Positions 12,289-25,409 of a DNA stretch of 64,000 nucleotides are shown piece by piece. Both the position numbers and the translations under genes were made by a program. The first letter of the stretch is position 1. Each line of letters opens with the position of its first letter. Source of the DNA: Macrostomum hystrix (taxonomy: Eukaryota; Animalia; Platyhelminthes); assembly GCA_950097015.1 (NCBI GenBank), contig CATNEN010000038.1:23374001-23438000 (forward strand), read 5' to 3'. A model generated the notes under the pieces. The model ran no database searches, had not been told where the DNA came from, and saw nothing but the letters and a program-made list of their open reading frames with translations.

Positions 12289-12750
12289 GTATCTATGTAG
12301 GCAATTATAATTAAACAGTCTAGGTGGGTGATATTTGAAATCAAAACATCAAACAGCTGAGATTTGTGCACAATTTATTCAGAATTTATTTTTTATGCAA
12401 CTAAACTTTTTATTTACGGCTAACAGTGCAGGCCTACTATTGTAGGCTCAAACAATTTGACTAGAAATAAACTTATGAGAGCCTAGGTGAGAGATACTCC
12501 AAACAACAGCTCACATTGAGTAGGCGGCTCAGCTCTCTTAGGAGTTAAATGTGGTTCGGAAAGCTTTGAAATTGAAACCCATTCATACCATCATGGGATG
12601 AGAGATTTGGGCCGTGGAGAGTCAGCTCACTCGGATTTTGATCTCATCAGTAGTCCTGATTATTTTCATTGTTTAAGTCGGAGACAATCCAAGGACAGTG
12701 ACAATAACTATTGCTTCTGACACTGTGGGACAGAGCCCACTAAATATACC

Positions 12751-15700
12751 ATGAGACAGTGCAGACAGTATACAGTGGAGATATGAGACAGTGGAGAGAT
12801 GAGACAGTGGAGATATGAGACAGTGGAGAGATGAGACAGTGGAGAGATGAGACAGTGGAGAGATGAGACAGTGGAGAGATGAGACAGTGGAGAGATGAGA
12901 CAGTGGAGACAGTATACAGTGGAGATATGAGACAGTGGAGAGATGAGACAGTGGAGAGATGAGACAGTGGAGAGATGAGACAGTGGAGACAGTATACAGT
13001 GGAGAGATGAGACAGTGGAGAGATGAGACAGTGGAGAGATGAGACAGTGGAGAGATGAGACAGTGGAGAGATGAGACAGGAGAGAGATGAGTTAGAGATA
13101 AATGAGACAGTGGAGAGATGAGATAGAGATAGATGAGACAGTGGAGAGATGAGACAGTAGAGAGATGAGACAGGAGAGAGATGAGACAGTAGAGAGATGA
13201 GACAGGAGAGAGATGAGACAGTAGAGAGATGAGACAGGAGAGAGATGAGACAGTGCAGACAGTATACAGTGGAGATATGAGACAGTGGAGAGATGAGACA
13301 GTGGAGATATGAGACAGTGGAGAGATGAGACAGTGGAGAGATGAGACAGTGGAGAGATGAGACAGTGGAGACAGTATACAGTGGAGATATGAGACAGTGG
13401 AGAGATGAGACAGTGGAGAGATGAGACAGTGGAGACAGTATACAGTGGAGAGATGAGACAGTGGAGAGATGAGACAGTGGAGAGATGAGACAGTGGAGAG
13501 ATGAGACAGGAGAGAGATGAGTTAGAGATAAATGAGACAGTGGAGAGATGAGATAGAGATAGATGAGACAATGGAGAGATGAGACTGTAGAGAGATGAGA
13601 CAGTAGAGAGATGAGACAGGAGAGAGATGAGACAGTGGAGAGATGAGACAGTAGAGAGATGAGGCAGGAGAGAGATGAGACAGTGGAGAGATGAGACAGT
13701 GGAGAGATGAGGCAGTAGAGAGATGAGACAGGAGAGAGATGAGACAGGAGAGAGATGAGACAGTAGAGAGATGAGACAGGAGAGAGATGAGACAGTGGAG
13801 AGATGAGACAGTAGAGAGATGAGACAGGAGAGAGATGAGACAGGAGAGAGATGAGACAGTAGAGAGATGAGACAGGAGAGAGATGAGACAGTGGAGAGAT
13901 GAGACAGTGGAGAGATGAGACAGTGGAGACAGTATACAGTGGAGAGATGAGACAGTGGAGAGATGAGACAGTGGAGAGATGAGACAGTGGAGAGATGAGA
14001 CAGTGGAGAGATGAGACAGGAGAGAGATGAGTTAGAGATAAATGAGACAGTGGAGAGATGAGATAGAGATAGATGAGACAATGGAGAGATGAGACTGTAG
14101 AGAGATGAGACAGTAGAGAGATGAGACAGGAGAGAGATGAGACAGTGGAGAGATGAGACAGTAGAGAGATGAGGCAGGAGAGAGATGAGACAGTGGAGAG
14201 ATGAGACAGTGGAGAGATGAGGCAGTAGAGAGATGAGACAGGAGAGAGATGAGACAGGAGAGAGATGAGACAGTAGAGAGATGAGACAGGAGAGAGATGA
14301 GACAGTGGAGAGATGAGACAGTAGAGAGATGAGACAGGAGAGAGATGAGACAGGAGAGAGATGAGACAGTAGAGAGATGAGACAGGAGAGAGATGAGACA
14401 GTAGAGAGATGAGACAGTAGAGAGATGAGACAGTGGAGAGATGAGACAGTAGAGAGATGAGACAGTAGAGAGATGAGACAGGAGAGAGATGAGACAGGAG
14501 AGAGATGAGATAGAGATAGATGAGACAGGAGAGAGATGAGACAGTGGAGAGATGAGACAGTAGAGAGATGAGACAGGAGAGAGATGAGACAGGAGAGAGA
14601 TGAGACAGTAGAGAGATGAGACAGGAGAGAGATGAGACAGTAGAGAGATGAGACAGTAGAGAGATGAGACAGTGGAGAGATGAGACAGTAGAGAGATGAG
14701 ACAGTAGAGAGATGAGACAGGAGAGAGATGAGACAGGAGAGAGATGAGACAGGAGAGAGATGAGACAGTAGAGAGATGAGACAGGAGAGAGATGAGACAG
14801 GAGAGAGATGAGACAGTAGAGAGATGAGACAGGAGAGAGATGAGACAGTAGAGAGATGAGACAGTAGAGAGATGAGACAGTGGAGAGATGAGACAGTGGA
14901 GATATGAGACAGTGGAGAGATGAGACAGTGGAGAGATGAGACAGTGGAGACAGTATACAGTGGAGAGATGAGACAGTGGAGAGATGAGACAGTGGAGAGA
15001 TGAGACAGTGGAGAGATGAGACAGTGGAGAGATGAGACAGGAGAGAGATGAGTTAGAGATAAATGAGACAGTGGAGAGATGAGATAGAGATAGATGAGAC
15101 AATGGAGAGATGAGACAGTAGAGAGATGAGACAGTAGAGAGATGAGACAGTAGAGAGATGAGACAGTAGAGAGATGAGACAGTGGAGAGATGAGGCAGTA
15201 GAGAGATGAGACAGGAGAGAGATGAGACAGGAGAGAGATGAGACAGTAGAGAGATGAGACAGGAGAGAGATGAGACAGTAGAGAGATGAGACAGGAGAGA
15301 GATGAGGCAGTAGAGAGATGAGACAGTGGAGAGATGAGGCAGTAGAGAGATGAGACAGGAGAGAGATGAGACAGGAGAGAGATGAGACAGTAGAGAGATG
15401 AGACAGGAGAGAGATGAGACAGTAGAGAGATGAGACAGGAGAGAGATGAGACAGTGCAGACAGTATACAGTGGAGATATGAGACAGTGGAGAGATGAGAC
15501 AGTGGAGATATGAGACAGTGGAGAGATGAGACAGTGGAGAGATGAGACAGTGGAGAGATGAGACAGTGGAGAGATGAGACAGTGGAGAGATGAGACAGTG
15601 GAGAGATGAGACAGTGGAGAGATGAGACAGTGGAGACAGTATACAGTGGAGAGATGAGACAGTGGAGAGATGAGACAGTGGAGAGATGAGACAGTGGAGA

Positions 15701-17080
15701 GATGAGACAGTGGAGAGATGAGACAGGAGAGAGATGAGTTAGAGATAAATGAGACAGTGGAGAGATGAGATAGAGATAGATGAGACAATGGAGAGATGAG
15801 ACTGTAGAGAGATGAGATAGAGATAGATGAGACAGTAGAGAGATGAGGCAGTAGAGAGATGAGACAGTGGAGAGATGAGGCAGTAGAGAGATGAGACAGG
15901 AGAGAGATGAGACAGGAGAGAGATGAGACAGTAGAGAGATGAGGCAGTAGAGAGATGAGACAGTGGAGAGATGAGGCAGTAGAGAGATGAGACAGGAGAG
16001 AGATGAGACAGGAGAGAGATGAGACAGTAGAGAGATGAGACAGGAGAGAGATGAGACAGTGGAGAGATGAGACAGTAGAGAGATGAGACAGGAGAGAGAT
16101 GAGACAGGAGAGAGATGAGACAGTAGAGAGATGAGACAGGAGAGAGATGAGACAGTAGAGAGATGAGACAGTAGAGAGATGAGACAGTGGAGAGATGAGA
16201 CAGTAGAGAGATGAGACAGTAGAGAGATGAGACAGGAGAGAGATGAGACAGGAGAGAGATGAGACAGGAGAGAGATGAGACAGTAGAGAGATGAGACAGG
16301 AGAGAGATGAGACAGGAGAGAGATGAGACAGTAGAGAGATGAGACAGGAGAGAGATGAGACAGTAGAGAGATGAGACAGTAGAGAGATGAGACAGTGGAG
16401 AGATGAGACAGGAGAGAGATGAGACAGTGGAGAGATGAGACAGGAGAGAGATGAGACAGTAGAGAGATGAGACAGTAGAGAGATGAGACAGGAGAGAGAT
16501 GAGACAGGAGAGAGATGAGACAGTAGAGAGATGAGACAGTAGAGAGATGAGACAGTGGAGAGATGAGACAGGAGAGAGATGAGACAGTAGAGAGATGAGA
16601 CAGGAGAGAGATGAGACAGTAGAGAGATGAGACAGTAGAGAGATGAGACAGTGGAGAGATGAGACAGTAGAGAGATGAGACAGTAGAGAGATGAGACAGT
16701 AGAGAGATGAGACAGGAGAGAGATGAGACAGGAGAGAGATGAGACAGGAGAGAGATGAGACAGTAGAGAGATGAGACAGTAGAGAGATGAGACAGTAGAG
16801 AGATGAGACAGTAGAGAGATGAGACAGGAGAGAGATGAGACAGGAGAGAGATGAGACAGGAGAGAGATGAGACAGTAGAGAGATGAGACAGGAGAGAGAT
16901 GAGACAGGAGAGAGATGAGACAGTAGAGAGATGAGACAGGAGAGAGATGAGACAGTAGAGAGATGAGACAGTAGAGAGATGAGACAGTGGAGAGAAATGA
17001 GACAGTAGAGAGATGAGACAGTAGAGAGATGAGACAGTAGAGAGATGAGACAGGAGAGAGATGAGACAGGAGAGAGATGA
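12751..17080. repeat. Satellite, 16-bp unit GAGAGATGAGACAG(TG/TA/GA), with higher-order structure
   Basis: About 270 copies. The marker GAGTTAGAGATAAATG recurs near 13089, 13519, 14029, 15050 and 15736. Lies in nkd intron 2. Confidence 0.98.
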
Positions 17081-17526
17081 TACAATATGGTGCAGCATAT
17101 TAAGGGCCGCATTTAGGAGCGTATGTGGCTAGACCCCAGTTTAAAATCTATTCTGTGCCAGCTATGAGAAGCACAAAAGGTAGAACTGAGTTTCTCAGAC
17201 ACAGTTTTTTCGTTAGTTTGATAAATTTATTAGCTACAGAATTGGTTGGGTGTTGAGAATGGCGCACAGGCTAGGCCTTATCGCTGTTTGTAAATTGCCG
17301 TCATATTTTATCGAAGACAATTCTATTTAATTGTCTGTAAATAATGCTATCTGATTGGTTTTATGGCCATAGGAAAACAATTTTCTGCTCAGCATTTTAT
17401 TGTCGTGTATTTTTAACATATTGACTTAACATCGAAAAATATTCCTAATACTGTAACAAATATTATAAAATTAATTTTTAACAATGCTTTCTAGGAAACT
17501 GGGTAGATGCTACCCAGAAATGTCCA

Positions 17527-20500
17527 TACCACACCTACTAGCTCTACCCCAATCAAACCTACTAGTTCTACCCCAATCAAACCTACTAGCTCTATCCCAA
17601 TCAAACCTACTAGTTCTACCCCAATCAAACCTACTAGCTCTACCCCAATCAAACCTACTAGCTCTACCCCAATCAAACCTACTAGTTCTACCCCAATCAA
17701 ACCTACTAGCTCTACCCCAATCAAACCTACTAGTTCTACCCCAATCAAACCTACTAGCTCTACCCCAATCAAACCTACTAGCTCTACCCCAATCAAACCT
17801 ACTAGTTCTACCCCAATCAAACCTACTAGTTCTACCCCAATCAAACATACTAGTTCTACCCCAATCAAACCTACTAGCTCTATCCCAATCAAACCTACTA
17901 GTTCTACCCCAATCAAACCTACTAGCTCTACCCCAATCAAACCTACTAGCTCTATCCCAATCAAACCTACTAGTTCTACCCCAATCAAACCTACTAGCTC
18001 TACCCCAATCAAACCTACTAGCTCTACCCCAATCAAACCTACTAGCTCTACCCCAATCAAACCTACTAGCTCTACCCCAATCAAACCTACTAGTTCTACC
18101 CCAATCAAACCTACTAGTTCTACCCCAATCAAACCTACTAGTTCTACCCCAATCAAACCTACTAGTTCTACCCCAATCAAACATACTAGTTCTACCCCAA
18201 TCAAACCTAATAGTTCTATCCCTATCAAACCTAATAGTTCTATCCCTATCAAACCTAATAGTTCTATCCCTATCAAACCTAATAGTTCTATCCCTATCAA
18301 ACCTAATAGTTCTATCCCTATCAAACCTAATAGTTCTATCCCTATCAAACCTACTAGTTCTACCCCAATCAAACCTACTAGCTCTACCCCAATCAAACCT
18401 AATAGTTCTATCCCTATCAAACCTAATAGTTCTATCCCTATCAAACCTAATAGTTCTATCCCTATCAAACCTAATAGTTCTATCCCTATCAAACCTACTA
18501 GTTCTACCCCAATCAAACCTACTAGTTCTACCCCAATCAAACCTACTAGCTCTACCCCAATCAAACCTACTAGTTCTACCCCAATCAAACCTACTAGTTC
18601 TATCCCTATCAAACCTACTAGTTCTATCCCTATCAAACGTGATAGTTCTATCCCTATCAAACGTAATAGTTCTACCCCTATCAAACCTACTAGTTCTACC
18701 CCAATCAAACCTACTAGTTCTATCCCTATCAAACCTACTAGTTCTATCCCTATCAAACGTGATAGTTCTATCCCTATCAAACGTAATAGTTCTACCCCTA
18801 TCAAACCTACTAGTTCTACCCCAATCAAACCTACTAGCTCTACCCCAATCAAACCTACTAGCTCTACCCCAATCAAACGTACTAGTTCTACCCCAATCAA
18901 ACCTACTAGTTCTACCCCAATCAAACATACTAGTTCTACCCCAATCAAACCTAATAGTTCTATCCCTATCAAACCTAATAGTTCTATCCCTATCAAACCT
19001 AATAGTTCTATCCCTATCAAACCTAATAGTTCTATCCCTATCAAACCTAATAGTTCTATCCCTATCAAACCTACTAGTTCTACCCCAATCAAACCTACTA
19101 GCTCTACCCCAATCAAACCTAATAGTTCTATCCCTATCAAACCTAATAGTTCTATCCCTATCAAACCTAATAGTTCTATCCCTATCAAACCTAATAGTTC
19201 TATCCCTATCAAACCTACTAGTTCTACCCCAATCAAACCTACTAGTTCTACCCCAATCAAACCTACTAGCTCTACCCCAATCAAACCTACTAGTTCTACC
19301 CCAATCAAACCTACTAGCTCTATCCCTATCAAACGTAATAGTTCTACCCCTATCAAACCTACTAGTTCTACCCCAATCAAACCTACTAGTTCTATCCCTA
19401 TCAAACCTACTAGTTCTATCCCTATCAAACGTGATAGTTCTATCCCTATCAAACGTAATAGTTCTACCCCTATCAAACCTACTAGTTCTACCCCAATCAA
19501 ACCTACTAGCTCTACCCCAATCAAACCTACTAGCTCTACCCCAATCAAACCTACTAGCTCTACGCCTATCAAACCTACTAGCTCTACCCCAATCAAACCT
19601 ACTAGTTCTACCCCAATCAAACCTACTAGTTCTACCCCAATCAAACGTAATAGTTCTACCCCTATCAAACCTACTAGCTCTATCCCTATCAAACCTACTA
19701 GTTCTATCCCTATCAAACGTAATAGCTCTACCCCAATCAAACCTACTAGCTCTACCCCAATCAAACCTACTAGTTCTACCCCAATCAAACCTACTAGCTC
19801 TACCCCAATCAAACCTACTAGCTCTATCCCTATCAAACCTACTAGTTCTACCCCAATCAAACCTACTAGTTCTACCCCAATCAAACCTACTAGCTCTATC
19901 CCTATCAAACCTACTAGTTCTATCCCTATCAAACCTAATAGTTCTATCCCTATCAAACCTAACAGTTCTATCCCTATCAAACCTAATAGTTCTATCCCTA
20001 TCAAACCTACTAGCTCTACCCCAATCAAACCTAATAGTTCTATCCCTATCAAACCTAATAGTTCTATCCCTATCAAACCTAACAGTTCTATCCCTATCAA
20101 ACCTAACAGTTCTATCCCTATCAAACCTAATAGTTCTATCCCTAACAAACCTAATATTTCTATCCCTATCAAACCTAATATTTCTATCCCTATCAAACCT
20201 AATAGTTCTATCCCTATCAAACCTAATAGTTCTATCCCTATCAAACCTAATAGTTCTATCCCTATCAAACCTAATAGTTCTATCCCTATCAAACCTAATA
20301 TTTATATCCCTATCAAACCTACTAGTTCTATCCCTATCAAACCTACTAGTTCTATCCATATCAAACCTAATAGTTCTATCCCTATCAAACCTACTAGTTC
20401 TATCCATATCAAACCTACTAGTTCTATCCCTATCAAACCTAATAGTCTATCCCTATCAAACCTACTAGTTCTATCCATATCAAACCTAATAGTTCTATCC

Positions 20501-21578
20501 CTATCAAACCTACTAGTTCTACCCCAATCAAACCTACTAGCTCTACCCCAATCAAACCTAATAGTTCTATCCCTATCAAACCTAATAGTTCTATCCCTAT
20601 CAAACCTAATAGTTCTACCCCTATCAAACCTACTAGTTCTACCCCAATCAAACCTACTAGTTCTATCCCTATCAAACCTACTAGTTCTATCCCTATCAAA
20701 CGTGATAGTTCTATCCCTATCAAACGTAATAGTTCTACCCCTATCAAACCTACTAGTTCTACCCCAATCAAACCTACTAGCTCTACCCCAATCAAACCTA
20801 CTAGCTCTACCCCAATCAAACCTACTAGCTCTACGCCTATCAAACCTACTAGCTCTACCCCAATCAAACCTACTAGTTCTACCCCAATCAAACCTACTAG
20901 TTCTACCCCAATCAAACGTAATAGTTCTACCCCTATCAAACCTACTAGCTCTATCCCTATCAAACCTACTAGTTCTATCCCTATCAAACGTAATAGCTCT
21001 ACCCCAATCAAACCTACTAGCTCTACCCCAATCAAACGTACTAGTTCTACCCCAATCAAACCTACTAGCTCTACCCCAATCAAACCTACTAGCTCTATCC
21101 CTATCAAACCTACTAGTTCTACCCCAATCAAACCTACTAGTTCTACCCCAATCAAACCTACTAGCTCTATCCCTATCAAACCTACTAGTTCTATCCCTAT
21201 CAAACCTAACAGTTCTATCCCTATCAAACCTAATAGTTCTATCCCTATCAAACCTACTAGCTCTACCCCAATCAAACCTAATAGTTCTATCCCTATCAAA
21301 CCTAACAGTTCTATCCCTATCAAACCTAACAGTTCTACGCTCGTATCCCTATCAAACCTAACAGTTCTATCCCTATCAAACCTAATAGTTCTATCCCTAA
21401 CAAACCTAATATTTCTATCCCTATCAAACCTAATATTTCTATCCCTATCAAACCTACTAGTTCTATCCATATCAAACCTAATAGTTCTATCCCTATCAAA
21501 CCTAATAGTCTATCCCTATCAAACCTACTAGTTCTATCCATATCAAACCTACTAGTTCTATCCCTATCAAACGTAATA
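17527..21578. repeat. Satellite, 24-bp unit ATCAAACCTA(C/A)TAG(T/C)TCTA(C/T)CCC(A/T)
   Basis: About 170 copies; source of the 933-1284 aa spurious ORFs on both strands. Lies in nkd intron 2. Confidence 0.98.
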
Positions 21579-21622
21579 GGTAATCGGCATTTGTAATTAC
21601 ACCAATTACAGCAAAAACTTAC

Positions 21623-21744
21623 AGCCAGATTTAAAGCCTTGAATTTGGAAGTCTGGTATAGTTGTAACACTTGAGTCTGGTGAAGTCGGAACAATTGAGT
21701 CTGGTGTGTTTGCGCTCATTGAGGTGGTAATTGGGCCGTCGGAC
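21623..21744 (-). CDS. nkd: Naked cuticle homologue, putative exon 2
   Basis: 122-nt unique island with acceptor TGCTCAAG| and a strong donor |GTAAGT. Open frame SDGPITTSMSANTPDS...GFKSG. Phases (2 in, 1 out) fit exons 1 and 3 exactly. No recognisable homology. Confidence 0.6.
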
Positions 21745-21954
21745 CTTGAGCAATATTTTATTTAACTCCCAACAGTATGAGGGGGTGCTATTAAAGATCT
21801 AACAACGGCAGCCAATCAAAATGCGCCCGGTTACTGTTGTAGTGTCGGGCAAGAGAGACGCTGGGCGGTTGCCCCCCCCCGCTTGGGCGAATGAAATTCG
21901 GAGGAACACGGAATCTATTGCTCGCGATCGGAAATGACTACGCAGCAACTTATC

Positions 21955-22392
21955 ATAGCTGTTCTAACTGGTCATTCAATCATTCAATTAGCAGTTCTAT
22001 CTGGTCATTCTGTCATTCAATGAGCTGTTCCAACTGGTCATTCAATCATTCAATGAGCTGTTCCAACTGGTCATTCAATCATTCAATGAGCTGTTCCAAC
22101 TGGTCATTCAATCATTCAATGAGCTGTTCCAACTGGTCATTCAATCATTCAATGAGCTGTTCCAACTGGTCATTCAATCATTCAATGAGCTGTTCCAACT
22201 GGTCATTCAATCATTCAATGAGCTGTTCCAACTGGTCATTCAATCATTCAATGAGCTGTTCCAACTGGTCATTCAATCATTCAATGAGCTGTTCCAACTG
22301 GTCATTCAATCATTCAATGAGCTGTTCCAACTGGTCATTCAATCATTCAATGAGCTGTTCCAACTGGTCATTCAATCATTCAATGAGCTGTT
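21955..22392. repeat. Minisatellite, 33-bp unit TGAGCTGTTCCAACTGGTCATTCAATCATTCAA
   Basis: About 13 mostly identical copies; explains ORF 21891-22493. Confidence 0.97.
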
Positions 22393-22424
22393 CTATCTCT
22401 AAAGAAAAACATTTTCCTCTGGGG

Positions 22425-22825
22425 CAGGGTAAGCAAACTTATTTGCTGGCGGGCCAAAGAGAGAACCTAAAAGACGACAACGGGCCGCATTGATTGTATA
22501 AATATGAGATAGGGGAAAGATAAGACACGGGAGAGATGAGACACGGGAGAGATGAGACACGGGAGAGATTAGACACGGGAGAGATGAGACAGGGAGAGAT
22601 GAGACACGGGAGAGATTAGACACGGGAGAGATGAGACACGGGAGAGATGAGACACAGGAAAGATGGGACACGAGAGAGATGAGACACGGGAGAGATAAGG
22701 CAGGGGAGAGATTAGACACAGGAGAGATGAAACAGGACACTGCAGATGTCAGAAGGGGCAACGGGCCGGATTTGGGAGCTTCGAGGGCCGCAACTAGCCC
22801 GCGGGCCGGAGTTTGCCGACCCCTG
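22425..22825. mobile_element. Non-autonomous hAT (Charlie-like) MITE containing a 16-bp satellite
   Basis: Termini CAGGGTAAGCAAACT ... AGTTTGCCGACCCCTG, subterminal GGGCCG/GCCCGCGGGCC motifs, and an imperfect 8-bp TSD CTCTGGGG / CTTTAGGG. Internal (GAGAGATGAGACACGG)n at about 22515-22740. Confidence 0.75.
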
Positions 22826-23640
22826 CTTTAGGGACTTCAATAAATAACACCTTAAGACTACAGCAGTCCAGGGCCTTTGATTTTTTCTCTTCCAACAAAC
22901 AAAAGAAGCAGGCCACCAGTCTTGACTTCAAACCCGACAAAGACCCGACAAAGACCCAGTCTATTGGCTAAAATTATGTTATGTCCCCGCTGCTAAAATA
23001 GTAATAATGATTGTTATTTAAAATCGGCAGATCATTGTTTTAAGCTTAATTCTTGCTTCTCGTTGACCCGAAAGTAGGCCAGCTAAAAGCACTAGGGGAC
23101 GATCAGATGATTCTCCTATATTAAAATTAGTTAAACCGTGTCCCACTTGAGGCAACAAAAATCTACCAGGTTATTGCATTTGAGCACTCGAGCAGAGCGT
23201 GAGACCGCTTCCCGGTTTTCTCTAGTGGCCAGTTCAAGCGCTGAATAAGTAGAGCGAATGAAAATTTTTGGAAGAAAAAACATTTAGAATCCGTCTCAAA
23301 AATAAATTTCCCATTTCATCTAAGCATTGTCTCACGGCGGCTAGGGCCTACTATACACTCCCGTGTCCGGACAAACTTAACAAAAGCATTAACAATAGAG
23401 GGGCCACCCTTGGGGAATCCCGCAGACTCATAGTCACATCGGCGGCTCCCCTGCTCTCCCAATTGAAGTACAACGATATTGTTGGAACAATGGCTGCTTA
23501 AAGACTCTACTAGGAGAAAAAATTAAACTTTTGTATTACTCTTTGGCACCTACTGGCTATCAAAATACTAAAATTTCTTTAGTAATCAGTCCTTTTCAGG
23601 TCGTGAGTGGCGGAGAATTAACACATTTGCCTCTCACACA

Positions 23641-24001
23641 AATAATAATAATAATGCTATTATACTAATATACTATTATACTAATAATAGTAATTGCAGG
23701 AGGGCTGCGGGCAACGGCAGCTGCACAAACGGGCAATTCTGCACATTTTCGCTGTCTCCTGAGCACACACACACAGGTGTGTACATCTGCCCTGACTTTC
23801 TCATCGTCAGGCAGTGTACACTCTCACTGTGCCTTGGAGGTTGGCCCTCAAGGGCGTCGATTGCACGACAAACCCCCAAGCCTTCTCTCCGCCGCTGCGC
23901 CCCAAATGAATGTGGCCTGGCCGCGGAATCGAGCTCAGGGACCTTGGTGCGAGAGGCAGTTGCGTTAACCGGAACTGACACCGACTCTGCCACTGACCGG
24001 C
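23641..24001 (-). mobile_element. tRNA-derived SINE family A, copy 2 (most complete)
   Basis: Sense strand: GGTCAGTGGCAGAGTCGGT (A box) ... GAGCTCGATTCC (B box) ... CATTCATTTGGGGCG ... hairpin core ... TTGCCCGCAGCCCTCCTGC followed by a (TAT/TAA)n tail. Confidence 0.8.
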
Positions 24002-24313
24002 TTTGCCCATAGACTATATTGATTCCACACCCCATAAGTCCTAAACTCGATGTAAAATGCAAAAGGCAATCATAAAACCGATCATGTCTTTTTTTTCCCG
24101 ACGCAAAATGTGACTCGTGCTGTTTCCATGTCAACCACGCGAGAGAAATAAAAAACGCTGCAGAGAAGTAACCCAACGCTTATGCCGGTCTCTTTGAGCT
24201 CAACTCTATCTACTCTTGTTTTGCTCTCTCTCTCTCTCGATTTCAAAGGCCCCTCCCCCTACTCTAGACAACAGGCCGTGGGAATAAAAAGATGCCGAAC
24301 TGGCTAGAATTAC

Positions 24314-24474
24314 TCAAATAAATAGCTAACTGCCAATGAGCTGACGGAAGACCAAGACTTTAGAAAATGAATGCTTGAGTAGCTAGCCCATTGTGTTATT
24401 TTAGTAGACACGAGAGACAGAAAAAAATAGGGATAGCATTGTCTGAATCTTTGAACGATTGACAACAAAACCAT
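24314..24474 (-). CDS. nkd: Naked cuticle homologue, putative first coding exon
   Basis: ATG 24474 (MVLLSIVQRF...SYLFE) to donor GA|GTAATT. Phase 2 matches exon 2. Upstream acceptor TTTTTCCTGTAG| at 24743. The four-exon model gives 381 aa. Supported by phase fit only, not homology. Confidence 0.45.
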
Positions 24475-25409
24475 TTTTGTCTGTCGGGTTGTTCTTCCTG
24501 AAAGCCGCTGACAATGAAAAGACAAGCAGAGTAGTTTTTCGAGCAAGCAAGCAATCGGATTCTTTTGTCGCCAGAAAAATCGCTCCCGCTTCTGGCCTCT
24601 GCTGCAACAGATCGCGGATGGGGTAAGAAATTAGCCAACAATGGGGTTGGGGAGAAACAGTTGGAGGAAAGCTAGACCGAGGCAGTGGCGGTGACAGATC
24701 AAATACAGCTGGAATCGGCAATGTCTGATGGGGCCATTGTGACTACAGGAAAAAGAGAGAAAATAGATCTTTTTGGGATGGTCCAAAGGGGACCCTCAGT
24801 TTCTTGCGTTTTTTTCCGGAAACATTAATCTTTTTTTAGGATAAAATATTCATAAAAAATCAACTATAATCCAGTAAGGGTGTTACTGCGTGGCGTACTA
24901 AAATATTCTGTGTACAATTGTTCAGTCTGTGGACTGGGGAGGGTGCCTTACAAGTGAGCTAATTGCTGATGTATGCTGGTGTCTCAAACATGGATTCTGT
25001 CTCCTTGCTTGTTTATCTTCTGCTTTCCCCCTAAAAAGTGTGACCTTCAACCGTATTTGTCTTTGTCTTTTCAACCTTCGCGCCGATGAAAAATTTCTCT
25101 GTTGGAAAAAAATCTAACAAAAATGGATTTCTGGCAGGACAATTTATATCAATATTTATCTTTTAAATAGGCAAATAGGCCTTCGCATTTTTTATGTTTA
25201 ATCTCGTGACAATTTTTGCCTTATTGTTAGAACTCGCCGACGCACAATAGCGCTTCAATTTCACGGCCTCCTCCCTCAGCAATGAGGCGTGTTGCAATTT
25301 TTATTGCAAAATTTTAACTGAATCGATTATCAACTCGATGGAATCGCTAAAGACTTACTGTACCGTGATTATCTTGATTCTGTGATGCTTGCGATTCATT
25401 GTTAGTTTC

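Noticed and set aside
12628-12660. Possible 25-nt nkd micro-exon (CAG|GACTACTGATGAG...CGA|GTGAGC) or hammerhead-like CTGATGA
   Set aside because: Inclusion after exon 2 creates an immediate TGA, and no stem II/GAAA arrangement for a hammerhead is present.
13092-21694. Mucin-like (PIKPTSST)n and other 350-1284 aa ORFs
   Set aside because: Translations of 16- and 24-bp satellites open on both strands, with frame-breaking indels; they lie inside the nkd intron.
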